From Octopus vulgaris (lineage: Eukaryota), in the NCBI GenBank assembly GCA_951406725.2, contig OX597820.1, forward strand, positions 54,684,001 through 54,748,000: a DNA stretch of 64,000 nt. The letters are read 5' to 3'. How positions within the stretch are numbered: position 1 is the first letter of the stretch; every line of letters begins with the position of its first letter. This document shows, piece after piece, positions 27,846 to 40,670 of this stretch. The notes under the pieces were generated by a model that ran no database searches, was not told the origin of the DNA, and saw only the letters and a list, made by a program, of their open reading frames with translations. A program made the position numbers and the translations under genes.

Positions 27846-28657
27846 CTTTAATCATTCACATACTTGCACCAATGCACAATTTTCCAAACCGAGTAAAGCA
27901 TCACGTAACCAAAACACTTCTACTTCTTTTTCTCTCACACGTACACAGGCAACTGGTCCATCAAACTGAGTAATGAACTGAAAGAGCATACTAAATACAA
28001 GCATAATTACTACAAAGTATTGTTCCTTAAAAAGAAAGCAAAGCAAAAAGGGTTAATGTTGGCAAAAGGAAAGCTACAAATTTTGGTTTGTTGTTCATTG
28101 ATTCTTAATAGTTACTTAAGGAGATTTGTCTTTCGAAAAGGGAACTTGATTCTACATGCTCCAAAATACCAAACTGTCGGGAATAACTACGAAAGGGACG
28201 AAATCACAGATTTGAACTTTTAGGAGGGGCGGGTTCATAAAATAGACTTATTAGAAATTGCAAATCGATTACCAGGATTGTTGTTTTTAGTCAAATGAGC
28301 CCTACTCAAACACCGTTAGAAACTCAACCGTCTTCTTTTTTCTTTTTTTTTAAATTTACTTTAAGATAGTAGTGTGTGACAGAAGAGGAGTTGTGAGTTA
28401 TTTCCAGCAAACCGTGCAACCACATTGGTTTGTATGTTTTTAAAGTTGACACTGTGAAAACCGTTATTATAAATACAAAGTCAGTACTAGTAGCGTAGAC
28501 TGGACTAGGTTTGCACAAAGGGAGAAAGTTTGCATTAACGGTGAAACTGTCTGTAAAAACTGTAGGCGGTATAAATACATAAGTCGTTCATGATAGGTAA
28601 AAAATTAAATCGTTGAACAAACTATTAAAAGTTGTAAAACGGTTGTTGAAAACTTAC

Positions 28658-28678
28658 TTTACCAGTTGTGTCTGCCAT
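28658..28678 (-). CDS. ADH5: Class III alcohol dehydrogenase (S-(hydroxymethyl)glutathione dehydrogenase / GSNOR), coding exon 1 (MADTTGK)
   Basis: Minus strand aaaATGGCAGACACAACTGGTAAA|gtaagt; strong donor; phase 0 joins exon 2 in frame; CpG-rich promoter-like context. Confidence 0.88.
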
Positions 28679-29916
28679 TTTACAAGAAACGAACGTCAAA
28701 CTGCAGTTACTTGTCTTCTTTAACAGTTAGTGGTGGTCGGTACCCGGCGCGTGTCTTTCTGTATTATTGCTTTCTTCTCTGTTTGCTTTATCTCCCTTTC
28801 TCTCTCACACATACTTTCTCTCTCTCTTCTCTTACTCTATCTAGCATGCTTCTCTCAGCCTTCTACCATTGATTTTCTTGTTACTCCCGATCTTTTTTTC
28901 CTCTCTTTTTCTGTTTATCGCTTTTCACTCACCCTCCTACTATCACTTATATTACTGATAAGTACAGCTTTTGCTTTCCTCCTCCTTCATCTTCTTTTAT
29001 AACCTCTCTCTCAATTTTCTCAGTTTAATCCTCCCATAATATCAACGATGATGTTAATTGCTGCCCGTTACTCTCTCTTTACCCGACTGACGTTTTTTCT
29101 CACGCTGGATGTCTGCTCTCCTTTTCTCCCCAGCTCTGCTCTTTTCTTGTTTTGTATTTGAGCCATTTCACCTTTGTTTAGTTTCACCGTATTTGTTTAT
29201 TAGTAACCTTAGTTTCCCTCAACATATTCCATTTAATTTTTATACCTGATACGAATTTATATACATTTTTAATGATGATAATGATGATATGGTGGTAGTG
29301 GTAAATAGACTGTGATATGTAAATGTTTTCTAACAGGCATCCCTTCAAGGCTAGATTAAGAATAACCGATGTTCTTAACACAACTCCCTCGACCCTTCCA
29401 TTGTCTGACAAGACATAAGTGATGCATGTGAAATAGTTAAAAAATCACAATACTAAATACTAGCAAGCATTGTCAACAAATTATTTACTTTGAATAAGGA
29501 CAACAAGAAAAAAATGATAATTTTCATATTTCATTATTAATTGTTCTGTAACTGATATAAGGGGAAAAGGCAAATGAAAAGCATTGTTTATATTTTTAAG
29601 AACAATACATTGCAACACCTAATAACTTATACAGTAATACAAATTAGACCATTTTGGTTTAATGTAATTTGTTGTAACAACTGGTCCAACGCTGATACCT
29701 ATTTAACAATTTGTTCATTGTCCGTTTATATATTGTTCGTGCAATAAATTTATGTATTTATTTATTTATTTATTTTTTTCTCTTGGGCAAGCGAGTAGGA
29801 CAAAGCCATGGACATTTTACTCGGCCTCTGTATTTGGATGAATTGCCGAAACTGACGTCTGTATTAAGAATTCTCAATCGGTACATTTCGGACGATTATG
29901 GTCCTGTTAGTGAATA

Positions 29917-31206
29917 CGAGGGGCGTTCAATAAGTAATGCCCCTGACCCACTTCCCATAGCAGTAGAGCAACGAAACTTGGCACAGTTATTAGTCTTTTT
30001 CTACATAGGAACCACCCAGAGTTACGCATTTCTCCCATCGTTTGATGCGGCTCCGGAGACCGTTTTTGTAGAAGAACCCAGCTTGGTCCTCCAACCTCAA
30101 CGTGACTTCAGAAATCAAGGCTGCATCATCTGGGAAACGCTTTCCTTTCAAAAACAACTTCATGATTGGGAAGAGGTGAAAATCAGAGGGTGATAGATCA
30201 GGAGAGTAAGGGGGTGGGGGAGGAGTTCATAGCCATACGCTTGTGCTTCTGATCTGGCGACAAGCGAGTTGTGGACCGGAGCGTTGTCCTGCAGGAGGAG
30301 GATGCCTTTGCTGATCTTGCCCCGCCTCTTGATTTTGATAACTTCTCTTAATTTCCTCAAAAGTGAAGCATAATAGGCTCCTGCAATTGTGGTACCCTTT
30401 GCCAGGAAATCTGTCATCACTACTTCGTCCTGGTCCCAGAAGACTGTGAGCATGACCCTGCCAGCGGAGGGCTGCACCCTTGCCTTCTTTGGAGGAGGTG
30501 AGTCACGGTGCTTCCACTGCATTGACTGGGTTTTGGTCTCTGGATCATCGTGATGGACCCAGGTTTCATCCTGTGTAATCAGTCTTTTGAAAAATTTTGA
30601 CTCATCTTCTTGGCACATCTCCAAATTCACCCTCGAGCACTCGACGCGTTCTTGCTTCTGGAAAGGCGTGAGCAACCTGGGAATCCATCTGGCAGACACC
30701 TTTTGCATATGCAAATGGTCATGAATGATAGTTTCCACAGACCCGGTACTAATCTTGACCTCATGGGCTATTTGGCGAATAATTATGCGTCGATCTTCCA
30801 AAATGGCAGCCTCAACTTGATGGACAGATGCCTCATCAATGGCAGAAGGGGGCGACCAGATCTGGGAGCTGTTTCCACAGAGTTCCGACCATGTTTGAAT
30901 TCACGATGCCAGCGTTTTACAAGGTCATATGATGGGGCATCATCACCATAAGTTACTTTCATTTCATCAAAAGTCTCCCGTGGTGTGCGTCCTTTCAAAT
31001 ACAAAAACCGGATCACTGCTTGACACTCAACAGGCTCCATTTCACACTTGACTCGGTTAAAACACCTGTAAATCAGAAACACCTGTAATTCAGAGCTGTA
31101 ATTTGCCACTTACTCTATAGAGATATAAATGATTGCACATGCAAAATTTCAGCTAGATCAAACAACTGCAAGTGGGTCAGAAGCATTACTTATTGAACGT
31201 CCCTCG
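29917..31206 (-). mobile_element. Near full-length mariner (DD34D) transposon; transposase 31040->29990 with two frameshifts
   Basis: TIRs cgaggggcgttcaataagtaatgc / gcattacttattgaacgtccctcg with TA duplications; WIPRLL, TQDETW, LQDNAPVH and (Y)SPDL..SD motifs. Confidence 0.95.
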
Positions 31207-31464
31207 TATGTGTTCATTCATGTGCGTTAACTACAGCATTAGAGCGGTTTCGCTCTTATTTCTAGCAAAGTAGGTGTTTCCTAACACCCTAGTCACATTT
31301 AGTAACAATTATGATTCTCTTTTTTGGTGAAACATTGCAAACTGCTGTTTATATCAATTTTATATATACACATTAGCGAATCGCTAACACATCCAATAAT
31401 TTGGACGGCGAAACATAAATACTAAAGACGAGCGAAACCAGAAGCAGCCGAACAATCAAGCGGT

Positions 31465-31510
31465 CTTGACTGATGAGGCGACGGGAATTGCCGAAACTGA
31501 CGTCAATATT
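31465..31510 (+). ncRNA. Candidate minimal type I hammerhead ribozyme within a ~350-bp tandem unit
   Basis: CTGATGA (31470-31476), stem II GGCGA/TTGCC with loop CGGGAA, then GAAAC-TGAC-GTC; stem I pairs poorly in this copy. Confidence 0.55.
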
Positions 31511-32726
31511 AAAAATTCTCGATTGGCACTTTACTCTGTTAGCGTATATGTTTACAGTCATATTCATTAACTACAGCTATGTAGGTGTTTACTAACACAC
31601 TAGTCACATTTAGCAACAATTATAATTCTCCTTTTTGTTAAAACATTGCAAACTGTTGTTTATATTATACATAGATAGATATATACATACATAAACAGAC
31701 ATGTACGTTTGTGTGTGCGTGTTTATATTTTCGGGTGTATGTCTTTATGTATATATAAGCATCTTACACTTATATCACATAACATTCTTTTCCTTTCCAT
31801 ATTTTGCTTTATCTTCATTACTGTGTCGTGTGACCTTTTACTGTTGTTATTATCTTTTTCTGGTTATCGCCTACTTATATTCTTCAGCAAAAACGTGAAA
31901 CATGAGAACTCTTTTCTTCCCCACACTGTACACAAACTTATTCCATGTATTGAATTTTACTTAATAGATCATTTCTAACGCAGACCATCATTTATTCCAT
32001 CAGATTGAGAAATGCTAAAAATATCATAGCTATGTTGATGCTAACATAACACAATTGATACATAGACTATTCACGATACATTAATTGAAAAGTTAACTTG
32101 AACTAACATGTGTGCTCTGACCAGTTATTGTAGAGGAGATAATCATTTTTAGATAAATCTTGGCGGGGTTCGGATAAATATGGTAGGACAGTGTGTATGA
32201 CAGACGGTTCAGGGAGCCAACAACAGGTAAGTGGCTGTCTACTGGGTCATTCCCTAAAGAACAAAAAGCCCAACATGCCTCAATGCTGAGGACACTTTCT
32301 TCGTTATCCTGGGGCCCGAAAGTAGCGTTGTTCAGGTTTGCCAAATTTTTCTCAGAAGTGCTGGGTGAGGAAAAAATATATATATTGGTCAATGATTAAT
32401 ATTATTTTCCTCCGTGGATTTACAGAATTGGTAGTGCATCTGACAAAATGCTTTGTAGTATATAGCTATGCCTCTTTGGGTTTTGATTTGGCATCCTGCA
32501 AGATTAGCTTTGATTTTCATCCTCTTGGAGTGGGGACGATAAAATTATTACTAGGCAAATACTTGGGCCGATCTTAATCGACTGTATCCTCTACCAAACT
32601 AAGAACTTTTGTGTCTATGTTAAATATCAATAGTATATTTTATTTATCGGCATGTATGTAAAAACAACTCCAGACACGCCTCGATCTTATACTAACTTCA
32701 TCAGCGAAGCATAGTGTTTACTAAGC

Positions 32727-35700
32727 TTGGTAGTAGGTATCCGTCGGTCTCGAGAGATTATAGTCTGCGCCCAAAGAAATCGTGTCAGTTGCTGATGGTG
32801 GTGCAGTGTCTGTTGTGGCTGTACTGGCCCACACGGGAGTGGTAGTCACGCATACAGCGACTGCATTTGAAGGAGCTCTCTGCAGGTCCTACTGGTTTTT
32901 CCTTCCATCGAGTTCGCTTTTCTTTGATGGAGAGTTCCTGCTCTTTTCATACACTTTCGCTGTATTTGTTTCCATTGTGGACGATCATTTGCAACCTCCA
33001 CCCATCTCAGGACGTCCAGATCAAGCAACTTCATATCCCTCTTACAGACGTCCTCAAAAGGAAGATGATTTCATCCTCGTGCTCTTGTGCCGGTGGCCAA
33101 TTCTTCATACAGGAAGTCTTTTAGGATCGTTCCGTCCGGCATGCGATGTACATGACCGACCCAGTGCAAACGATGCTACTGGAACAGGGTGAGTATGCTG
33201 GGTATCTTGGCTCGGTTAAGGATTTCGGTGTTGATGTGCTCGGTCCACTTGATATCCAAGATACGTCTCAAATTACAAAGGTGAAAGACTTGTGTCACAC
33301 CTATCTGGAGTAGAGGCTCGACGTCTCACTGCCGTAAAGTAGCGTACTAAGGACGCATGCCTTATAGATAACAATGTTGGTGTTAGCAGCCAGTTTCTTC
33401 TTTTCCCAGACTTACTTAGAGCCTGGCAAATGTGGAGGATGCTTGTCCTATTCGCCTGTTGATCTCAGGGTCCAGGGAGAGGTCATCAGCGATGGTAGAG
33501 CCGAGATAGATGAATTAATAGACTGCCTCCCGCTTGTAGTTGTTGATAGTGATGGATGGGGGGTGCTTGACACTTTGACCCATTACTTGGGTCTTCTTCG
33601 GACTGAATTCCTGACAGGTCTTTGAAAGTCTGTCCACGAGGTGCTGCTGCATTTGCTCTTCAGAGTGCTTTGTCAGTGCTGCGTCGTCCACGAACAGCAT
33701 TTTTCTGACGAGTACCTGACGCACCCTAAATTTTGCTTTCAGCCTCGACAGACTAAACAGTTTGCCGCTTGATCTGGTGTTGAGGTAAACACCATCAGTT
33801 GATATCCCAAATGCATGTTTCAGCATGACTGCAAAGAAGATGCCAAACAGGATGGGGGCAAGCACACAACCCTGCTTCACCCCGCTGCGTACGTTGAATG
33901 TCCCCGAAGAAGAGCCATCAAATTGAACGACGCCTTTCATGTCCGCGTGAAATCATTGGACAATCCTGAGGATTCTTAGAGGATAGCCTATCTTGTCAAG
34001 GATTTTGAACAGGCCGTCCCTACTGACAAGGTCAAAAGCCTTTCTAAGGTCGATGAAGATGATAAAGAGTGGTTGCCTTTGCTCTCTTCAATTTACCTGT
34101 AGCTGTCGGAGAGAGATCATGTCGATGGTGGAGCGTTTTGGAGTATACCCTTTCAGCAAGAGATTTGGAGTAAACACTCTCAAAGAATTTTTATAATCTG
34201 TTTAGGGCCAGGCAGGCAAAGACCTTCCCAACGATGCTTAACTGTGAGATGCCTCGGTAGTTATTGCAGTCGCTTTTGTCCCCTTTGTTCTTATATAGGG
34301 TGACAATGTTGTAGTCTTTCATGTTTAGCGACACTGATCCTTCCTCCTAACACTGACACAATAGCTTCAGCAAGTGGCTAAGTAGAACTCTCCTTGCACA
34401 TCCAAACCCGGTGCTTTTCCAGTGGGCAATCCATCAATGGCTCTACTCAGTTCTTCAGCAGTTGGCAGTGTATCTAGTTCCTCTATGGCAGGTAGGTGCT
34501 CTAAGTTGTCTAGCACACTGTCCGAGATGTAGTTTTCCTTGGTGCAGAGTTCGGAATTATGTTCCACGCATCTCCCCAGCTGTTCTCTTTTGCCCCTGAC
34601 CACTTCCCCTGTTCTGGATTTAAGTGGAGTTATCTTATTATGGGTTGGACCAATGGCTTTCTTGATACACTCAAACATTCCACAAATGTTGCCCGTGTCA
34701 AATGAGTTGGATATCTGCACATAATCGTAACCAGTAGTCATTTGCACACCGTCTCATTGTCTACTGCATGCTGTTCCTTGCTGATCTCAATGCTTGTAGC
34801 GCTGCTCTGGTGGGTTGGTGTTTGTGCTTCAGCAGGGTAGCACGCTTCTCCTTCATGGTTTTAATGAATTCTTTCACATTCGCCTCAAACCAGCCATGTG
34901 TCATTTTCCTCCTCTTCCCAGAAGCCCTCAGTGCAGTGCTATGGATGATCTCCTTGAGAGAGTCCCATCTCTACTGAACATTACCTTCTGGTGGGTCTGA
35001 AAAGAGGGCGTCTTCCAGTGTCTTGAGGAATGCATCTGTCTTAGTTGGCTGTTGGGTTGCGGTAGTATTGATATGCTGCTTGCCTGGGGGCTTGGCGCTG
35101 TGAATCATTTTTGGTTGGAGTTTGAGATTACAGCAAACCAGGGAGTGGTCTGTGTCGCAGTCACCGCGCTGAAAAGATCTAATCAGGAGGACATTCCTCA
35201 TGTAGTTGCGTCCTGTGATGATCAAATCTAGCTGGTGCCAGTACCCTGAGCGAGGGTGGAGCCAGGAGACTCTGTGTTGAGTTTTAGCCCGGAAGTAGGT
35301 GTTGGTGACAGATACTCCATGCAGCAGTTGCCCATTTTCTTTCATGTTGCCAACCCCGTACCGACCCTAAAACCTTGGTCAGTAGTCGTGACCAACTCCC
35401 ACTTTGGCATTGAAGTCGCCACGTAGCACCAGCTATTCTCTGTTTGGAATCGTCTGTATTGTCCTAGAGAACTGATCGTAGAACTTATCCTTGGTATCTT
35501 GTGAGGAATAGAGGGTTGGAGCATAAGCACTGGTAAGGTTGACAACCGAAGTGCGCAATCGAAGTGAGAGTATCCGCTCTGAACTGTCATTGTTGAGTTC
35601 TACGAACTTTCGCAGATAGTTCTTCACAGCAAAACCGATACCATGCTCTCTGACATCATCTATGCCTTTCCCTTGCCAGAGAAAGGTATAGTCTCTTTCA

Positions 35701-36462
35701 CGAAGGGTCCCCGAATCTGGAAGCCCCGTTTCTTGGAGTGCTGCAATGGAGTGCTTCAATGTCCACTCAGAATCGAAGCAGTTTCGTTGTTGATCACTGC
35801 TGTCTTACGTGTGATGCTGATCTTTTGGTCCTCTGACAGATCAGTTGTCATGGTCCTTATGTTCCAACATCCAAGTCTGAATGCTGGTTTTTTGCCTTGC
35901 TTGCTTATTTGTTGTTAATTTTTCTTGGTGCAATGTTTGCAACTCACAATTTGGGATGTTAGTTTCCCTAAGCCCCACGCACCCAGTGGAGCAGGTGGGC
36001 TGTAACGGGATAACACCTAACTGGCCGGGGGCTGCCCAGCTTCAGGCAGGCGGTAACAGTCCAGTGAGGCACAATGACCTCCTCCTCCGTCGAAAGCAGC
36101 CCCTGGCGCCTTGCTCTTACACCAATTACGTGCAGGTTTAAATCCGGCAGACTACTGCTTTCCATATTTTTGCCGCCGCGGTTAGACGTCGCTGGAGTGT
36201 TCTCTCCAGGGCGCAGGCCTGGGCAGTTTTTCATGGGAAATTGGCAGCTGCCTATGCGATACATCTCTCCTCTTCACCGCCAACAGTGTTATCTAAGGGA
36301 AGGGCCGGGGTCAATACGATTTAGCACCAGTGGGGCCGCAGAAGTTGCCAGAACAAGGTTGTCTACAGCATCGAATTGCCTTAGGGACTCTAGCGCCTGT
36401 TATCCTCGGGGTTTACCCCCGAAGCGTTTCTCTTTAGTGGGTAATACCGCAAGGCAGCAGAG
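32727..36462 (-). mobile_element. Near full-length but decayed RTE (BovB-like) LINE
   Basis: LGCWNIRTM, AALQET, SAYAPT, HWHQLD-like, DTDH endonuclease motifs; GKAPG, YRGIS, FIDLRKAFD, SGVKQGCVLAP, LFVDD RT motifs; RTE-type tail tctctcgagaccgacggatacctacta. Confidence 0.92.
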
Positions 36463-36940
36463 TTGTTATTTATCGCCGCTGTCTTATTTGTTGTTATTAG
36501 TTGTTATTTATCGCTGCATATGAGGCTCCGGAGCCTCATATATCTCTAGTTCTTAGTTTTTGGCTTGTTTAAATAATTTTTTCAGTTATTGGACTTCATT
36601 TGAGAAATTCACCAACATGATTTGATGGTTCGATCTCATTGAGTGGTACCTTAAACACGTTTCTCCTACCGTAGCCTCGGGTCGAATCAAAGTTGGTGAG
36701 TGAAACTGGGAAGATAGAAACTATATTGCTACACGGAACGATGTCACTCCATTCCATGATAGGTATTCTCAATTGTTTCTACTTATTCTACCCAGAACAA
36801 CCCGAGATGCTACGCGAAGCTTAATCAGTCAATTTTGTAATAAAAGTGTTCTCATCCTTTCTACTTGAATTGTTCTAAAAAATAATGAATTGTATTTGTA
36901 ATACTATTTAACCTTTTTATGCAGTGAAAACTTGTATTTA

Positions 36941-37869
36941 CGAGAGTCGGCTTAAAAGTCGGCTGGCGAAGATACTCTCGTGGAATGTTACCAAATGAGG
37001 TTTATTTTTCAACCTAGTACCTACCCCTTGCGGTTCACACTTCTTTTATCAGTGTTGCACTACTTGGACCCAAATGGTAAAGAAGCTTTCATCCTGTATG
37101 TCAAAAAAGTCATCAGTACTCTCATAGTACTTTTTATTGATGGTGTGGCCCTTTTGCATCCCCTTCTCTGCAGATGAAACTACCTTGGCCTTTGGAGCAA
37201 TCCGTGGATTGTCTCTTTGTCTCAAGCTCAACATGATGAAACCAATACTCATCCCGAGTTAGGAAACGTTCGAGGAAAATAGGATCTGCCTCAAATAATA
37301 TCAAATTTTCCTGTGCTGTCATCAGTCTGTGGTACGCTTTTAATGAGTTGTCAGAAGACGAGGCACCCACCGAGCAGAATATTCAACTTTATCACTGGAT
37401 ATGCTAATAGCATTAGCTAGTGTTTTATATTCAATCGCCTGTCATCCATCATCATATGTTGAACACGATCAATGTTTTCCTTGGTGGTGACAGTTGCAAG
37501 ACATCCAGACTTTGGATTATATTCATGCTTCTCCCTCTCCACTCTAAATTCGGTTTCCCACTTTTGCACTATTGATACATCTGGAGCGTCATCTCCTAAT
37601 ATAGCAACCATGTCAGCATGGATGTCGTTTGAGGCTAAACCCTTTTCTGCAGGTACTTGATAACACCACGATGTCAAATTTTGTCGATTTTCAAGAGAAG
37701 TTACTACCAGTTAGTTTTTAAGGCTTCTTTGAACAGTCAGATGTCAGTTTACCTGGATAGAAACAATGCAATTATTGATAAGAAGGGTTAAAAATTAACG
37801 CATACAAGATCCCACAGCACTAGCATCATTCCTTCATAGTCAGCCAATGAACTTTTTAGCCAATCTTCG
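36941..37869 (-). mobile_element. Degenerate, internally deleted mariner
   Basis: DIHADMVAILGDDAP, RFLTRDEYWFHH fragments; ta|cgagagtcggcttaaaagt ... actttttagccaatcttcg|ta imperfect TIRs. Confidence 0.8.
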
Positions 37870-37956
37870 TATAATATATGTTTGCATAATAAGTGGAAGG
37901 TACTTTTGAATTGATCAGGAACGAACAAAGGAACGAATTAATCATTTTATATATGA

Positions 37957-38462
37957 CTAGCAGTATCGCCCGGCGTTGCTCGGGTTTGTAAGGGAAATAA
38001 CTATATAAGCATTTTTAGAGAGTTACTTCCCTTATAAATTCGGGCTTTCTTAGCCATTTTTGTTTTGGTGTCTTCAAGCCATGAAGTCGTTGTTCTAAAA
38101 GAACGCTGGTTTCCTTCACAACGCATTACGACGTTGATTTCTTTACACTCCCTTCCCCACAGCTTCACGAGGGAGGGAAGGAGGAGAAGCAAACAGGTGC
38201 AGCTGTGAGCGTGGACGCCAACTCCGCCGCCATCGACATACGATGCATTTTATGCATTAAAATGGAATAAAAAATGATGTTAAATTATTTTTAAAATCGT
38301 AGACTCATCGTTGACGCGCGCTAATAGTCAGACGGGCTCGATATGAATCACGACTATAAGATACCCGAATTTGGTTAAACTGCACCGCAAAATGTGGGAG
38401 GAGTTAGGAATCTAAATCGAAGGGGACAGACACTCACACAACTAGAGTTTTATATATATAGA
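37957..38462 (-). mobile_element. Non-autonomous Helitron, copy 1
   Basis: Minus strand a|TCTATATATATAAAA ... cccgagcaacgccgggc hairpin ... CTAG|t; insertion between A and T without TSD. Confidence 0.88.
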
Positions 38463-38815
38463 TTAAGAAATAATAACTGTCTTAGAAAGCTAGTGAAAAA
38501 TACTGTGCAATTTATAGCTCCTTGTATGTCATTTAAGTACTCTAACTTACTGTATACATACTCCCTCAGAAGAACACTCACTCGTAATATCAACATTTAA
38601 ATACGTGCTGCTAAACAAATAACTATCTCAGTGAAGTCATAACTTTGTGTATGCTAAGTGATTCAATAACTTGTTTAACTAAGATTGTACTGCGTGGGTG
38701 TGTGTTTATCAACTAATAAGGCTTCTGAAACCGGGGTTCCGTGTACTTTTAGAGTATTTCTTAGAAATTGTAAGGACACAACTAGAATGTTGAACTAATC
38801 GCCACGAATTACACG

Positions 38816-39228
38816 GGAGCTTTTTGGTTTGAACGGCAGTTTTTAACATAATGTCTAGGTAACTAAAAAATTTTAAACTTCGTATACTGGTAGAATGTGT
38901 TTATAAAACATCTTTTTTCTCTTGGCTTTATTGAGAAAATTCTATAGTTTGTAAGATATTTGTTGGTTTTTTTTCTTCAATTTCTGCAATTTCAACCAAT
39001 CAATGACGTGTATTGAGGTAAAAAAACAACATTCTGTGCCGTATGAATATGTCCCTCGTTTAAGAAACAGATTGGGTTTATTTACATTTCTGAAGAAAAA
39101 AATATACCCTTCCCCCACCCCTAACCCTAAAACAGATTGAAATGCAGATTGAAATACTAGAGTCATAATTATGGGTGACAATTTCATGACACCGCTAGAA
39201 AAAACTGCCGTTCAAACCGAAAAGATCC
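38816..39228. mobile_element. MITE with ~30-bp TIRs and internal CCCTAACCCTAA
   Basis: ggagctttttggtttgaacggcagttttt versus aaaaaactgccgttcaaaccgaaaagatcc. Confidence 0.75.
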
Positions 39229-40359
39229 AAAACATATTCTGTGTAAGATTCCATTGAGAATGACGCAGACGTGCCTCTCCGAAACTGCCTAGAATTGAGT
39301 TATTTGTCAAAAAGAACTATGCCCATTCATATCATTAAAAATGTAAAACTAAATTAAATGGAATTGATTTCTTACATAAGTGCAAACCAAAAATTTGGTG
39401 AGAGAACAGTCGATTGTCTTGACCACAATATTTTATTGATTTCGAGAAAGTGGAAGGTAAGTTGACCGGGACGGGATTTGATTTCATTAAAGTAAATACT
39501 ACATATCTGTTGTCTGCCCTATAGTATCCAACCATTTTACACTATAGTCTTCATGAGAGATACTACAACACACTAGACATGATGAAGAGATATACCGGGA
39601 ACTCTTATCTGCTTTAAAGGCACAGATAGATTTAGACTCTGTGTGTGTGCGTATCCAGAGAAAGATATGACCATCATAATTCACCGCTACTGCCGTAGCA
39701 AAGGAGAGAGCCTCTATATCTCTCGCTCACCCTTCAAAAAATAGTAGCCAAATCTTCCTCAAAATTATACATACGCGTACCTATTTGCATTTTAAAAAAA
39801 GGACAGCTTTCGTGGTCGATAAATAAAGTACTAGTCATGTACTGGGGTCGATGGTATCGTCTAAATTGCTGTTTTAGAGCCAAAATTAGAGACCATTGAG
39901 CAGATCAAGGATTCCAGCTATGGCCGTCTCCTCAATGAGAGAACTCTCCTGGATTGACGACACAAGGACAGCAATTTTGAGGGAAGGGCATACCATCAGC
40001 TCCAATACTTAACTGGTATTGTAGTTTAATTGACCTCGAAAAGCTAAGCAAAAATGACTTCAATGGGATTTGAACTAAAAATGTAAAGAGCATTCTTTCC
40101 GATATTCTAACTATTCTGCCAACTCAACTATCACCGTTGTCACGAACAAAGAAAGCTTCTACGTGGTCGCTGCTACCCCGTTAGAAATAGCAACCAAAAT
40201 TTCCCTCAAATCACATCCTCCTGTCTTAAAAAGTGGACTTAATTGGACTGTGTGAGAGAGAGAGAGACCTTGCAGACAGAAAGGGTAGGACCAGAATGAA
40301 CGCCTTTAATCATGCATCATGCCTGATCAATGGGGTTTGTCGTGGTTTGCCATTATAAC

Positions 40360-40670
40360 TATCCACATCCACCGTCTCTACCACTGCCGTTTTCACCGTC
40401 ATCACTACCACCCATCCAATATCACCGACCTCAGCACCACTACCAATTACCATCACCAACACAATAATTTCCACTACAGACCCCCATCATCATCTCCATC
40501 ATTTACTATCGTCACCACCCTCGCAAGTACTACTACACCACACACTATCATTCCCATTATTATTATTACCACCGTCACCACAACCTCCATCACCATTACA
40601 CAACCTCTCTACACCACTATTAACTTAACTACTACCACCACCACTATCTTTTTAACCACCTCTGCTGTCT
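40360..40670. repeat. Degenerate (ACC/ATC/ACT)n low-complexity tract
   Basis: Runs of accacc/atcatc/actact; explains the spurious Thr/His-rich ORF. Confidence 0.8.

Noticed and set aside
35960-36462. HDV-like ribozyme at the RTE 5' end
   Set aside because: Such ribozymes are known in RTE elements, but I could not build the nested double pseudoknot by eye; only simple hairpins are evident
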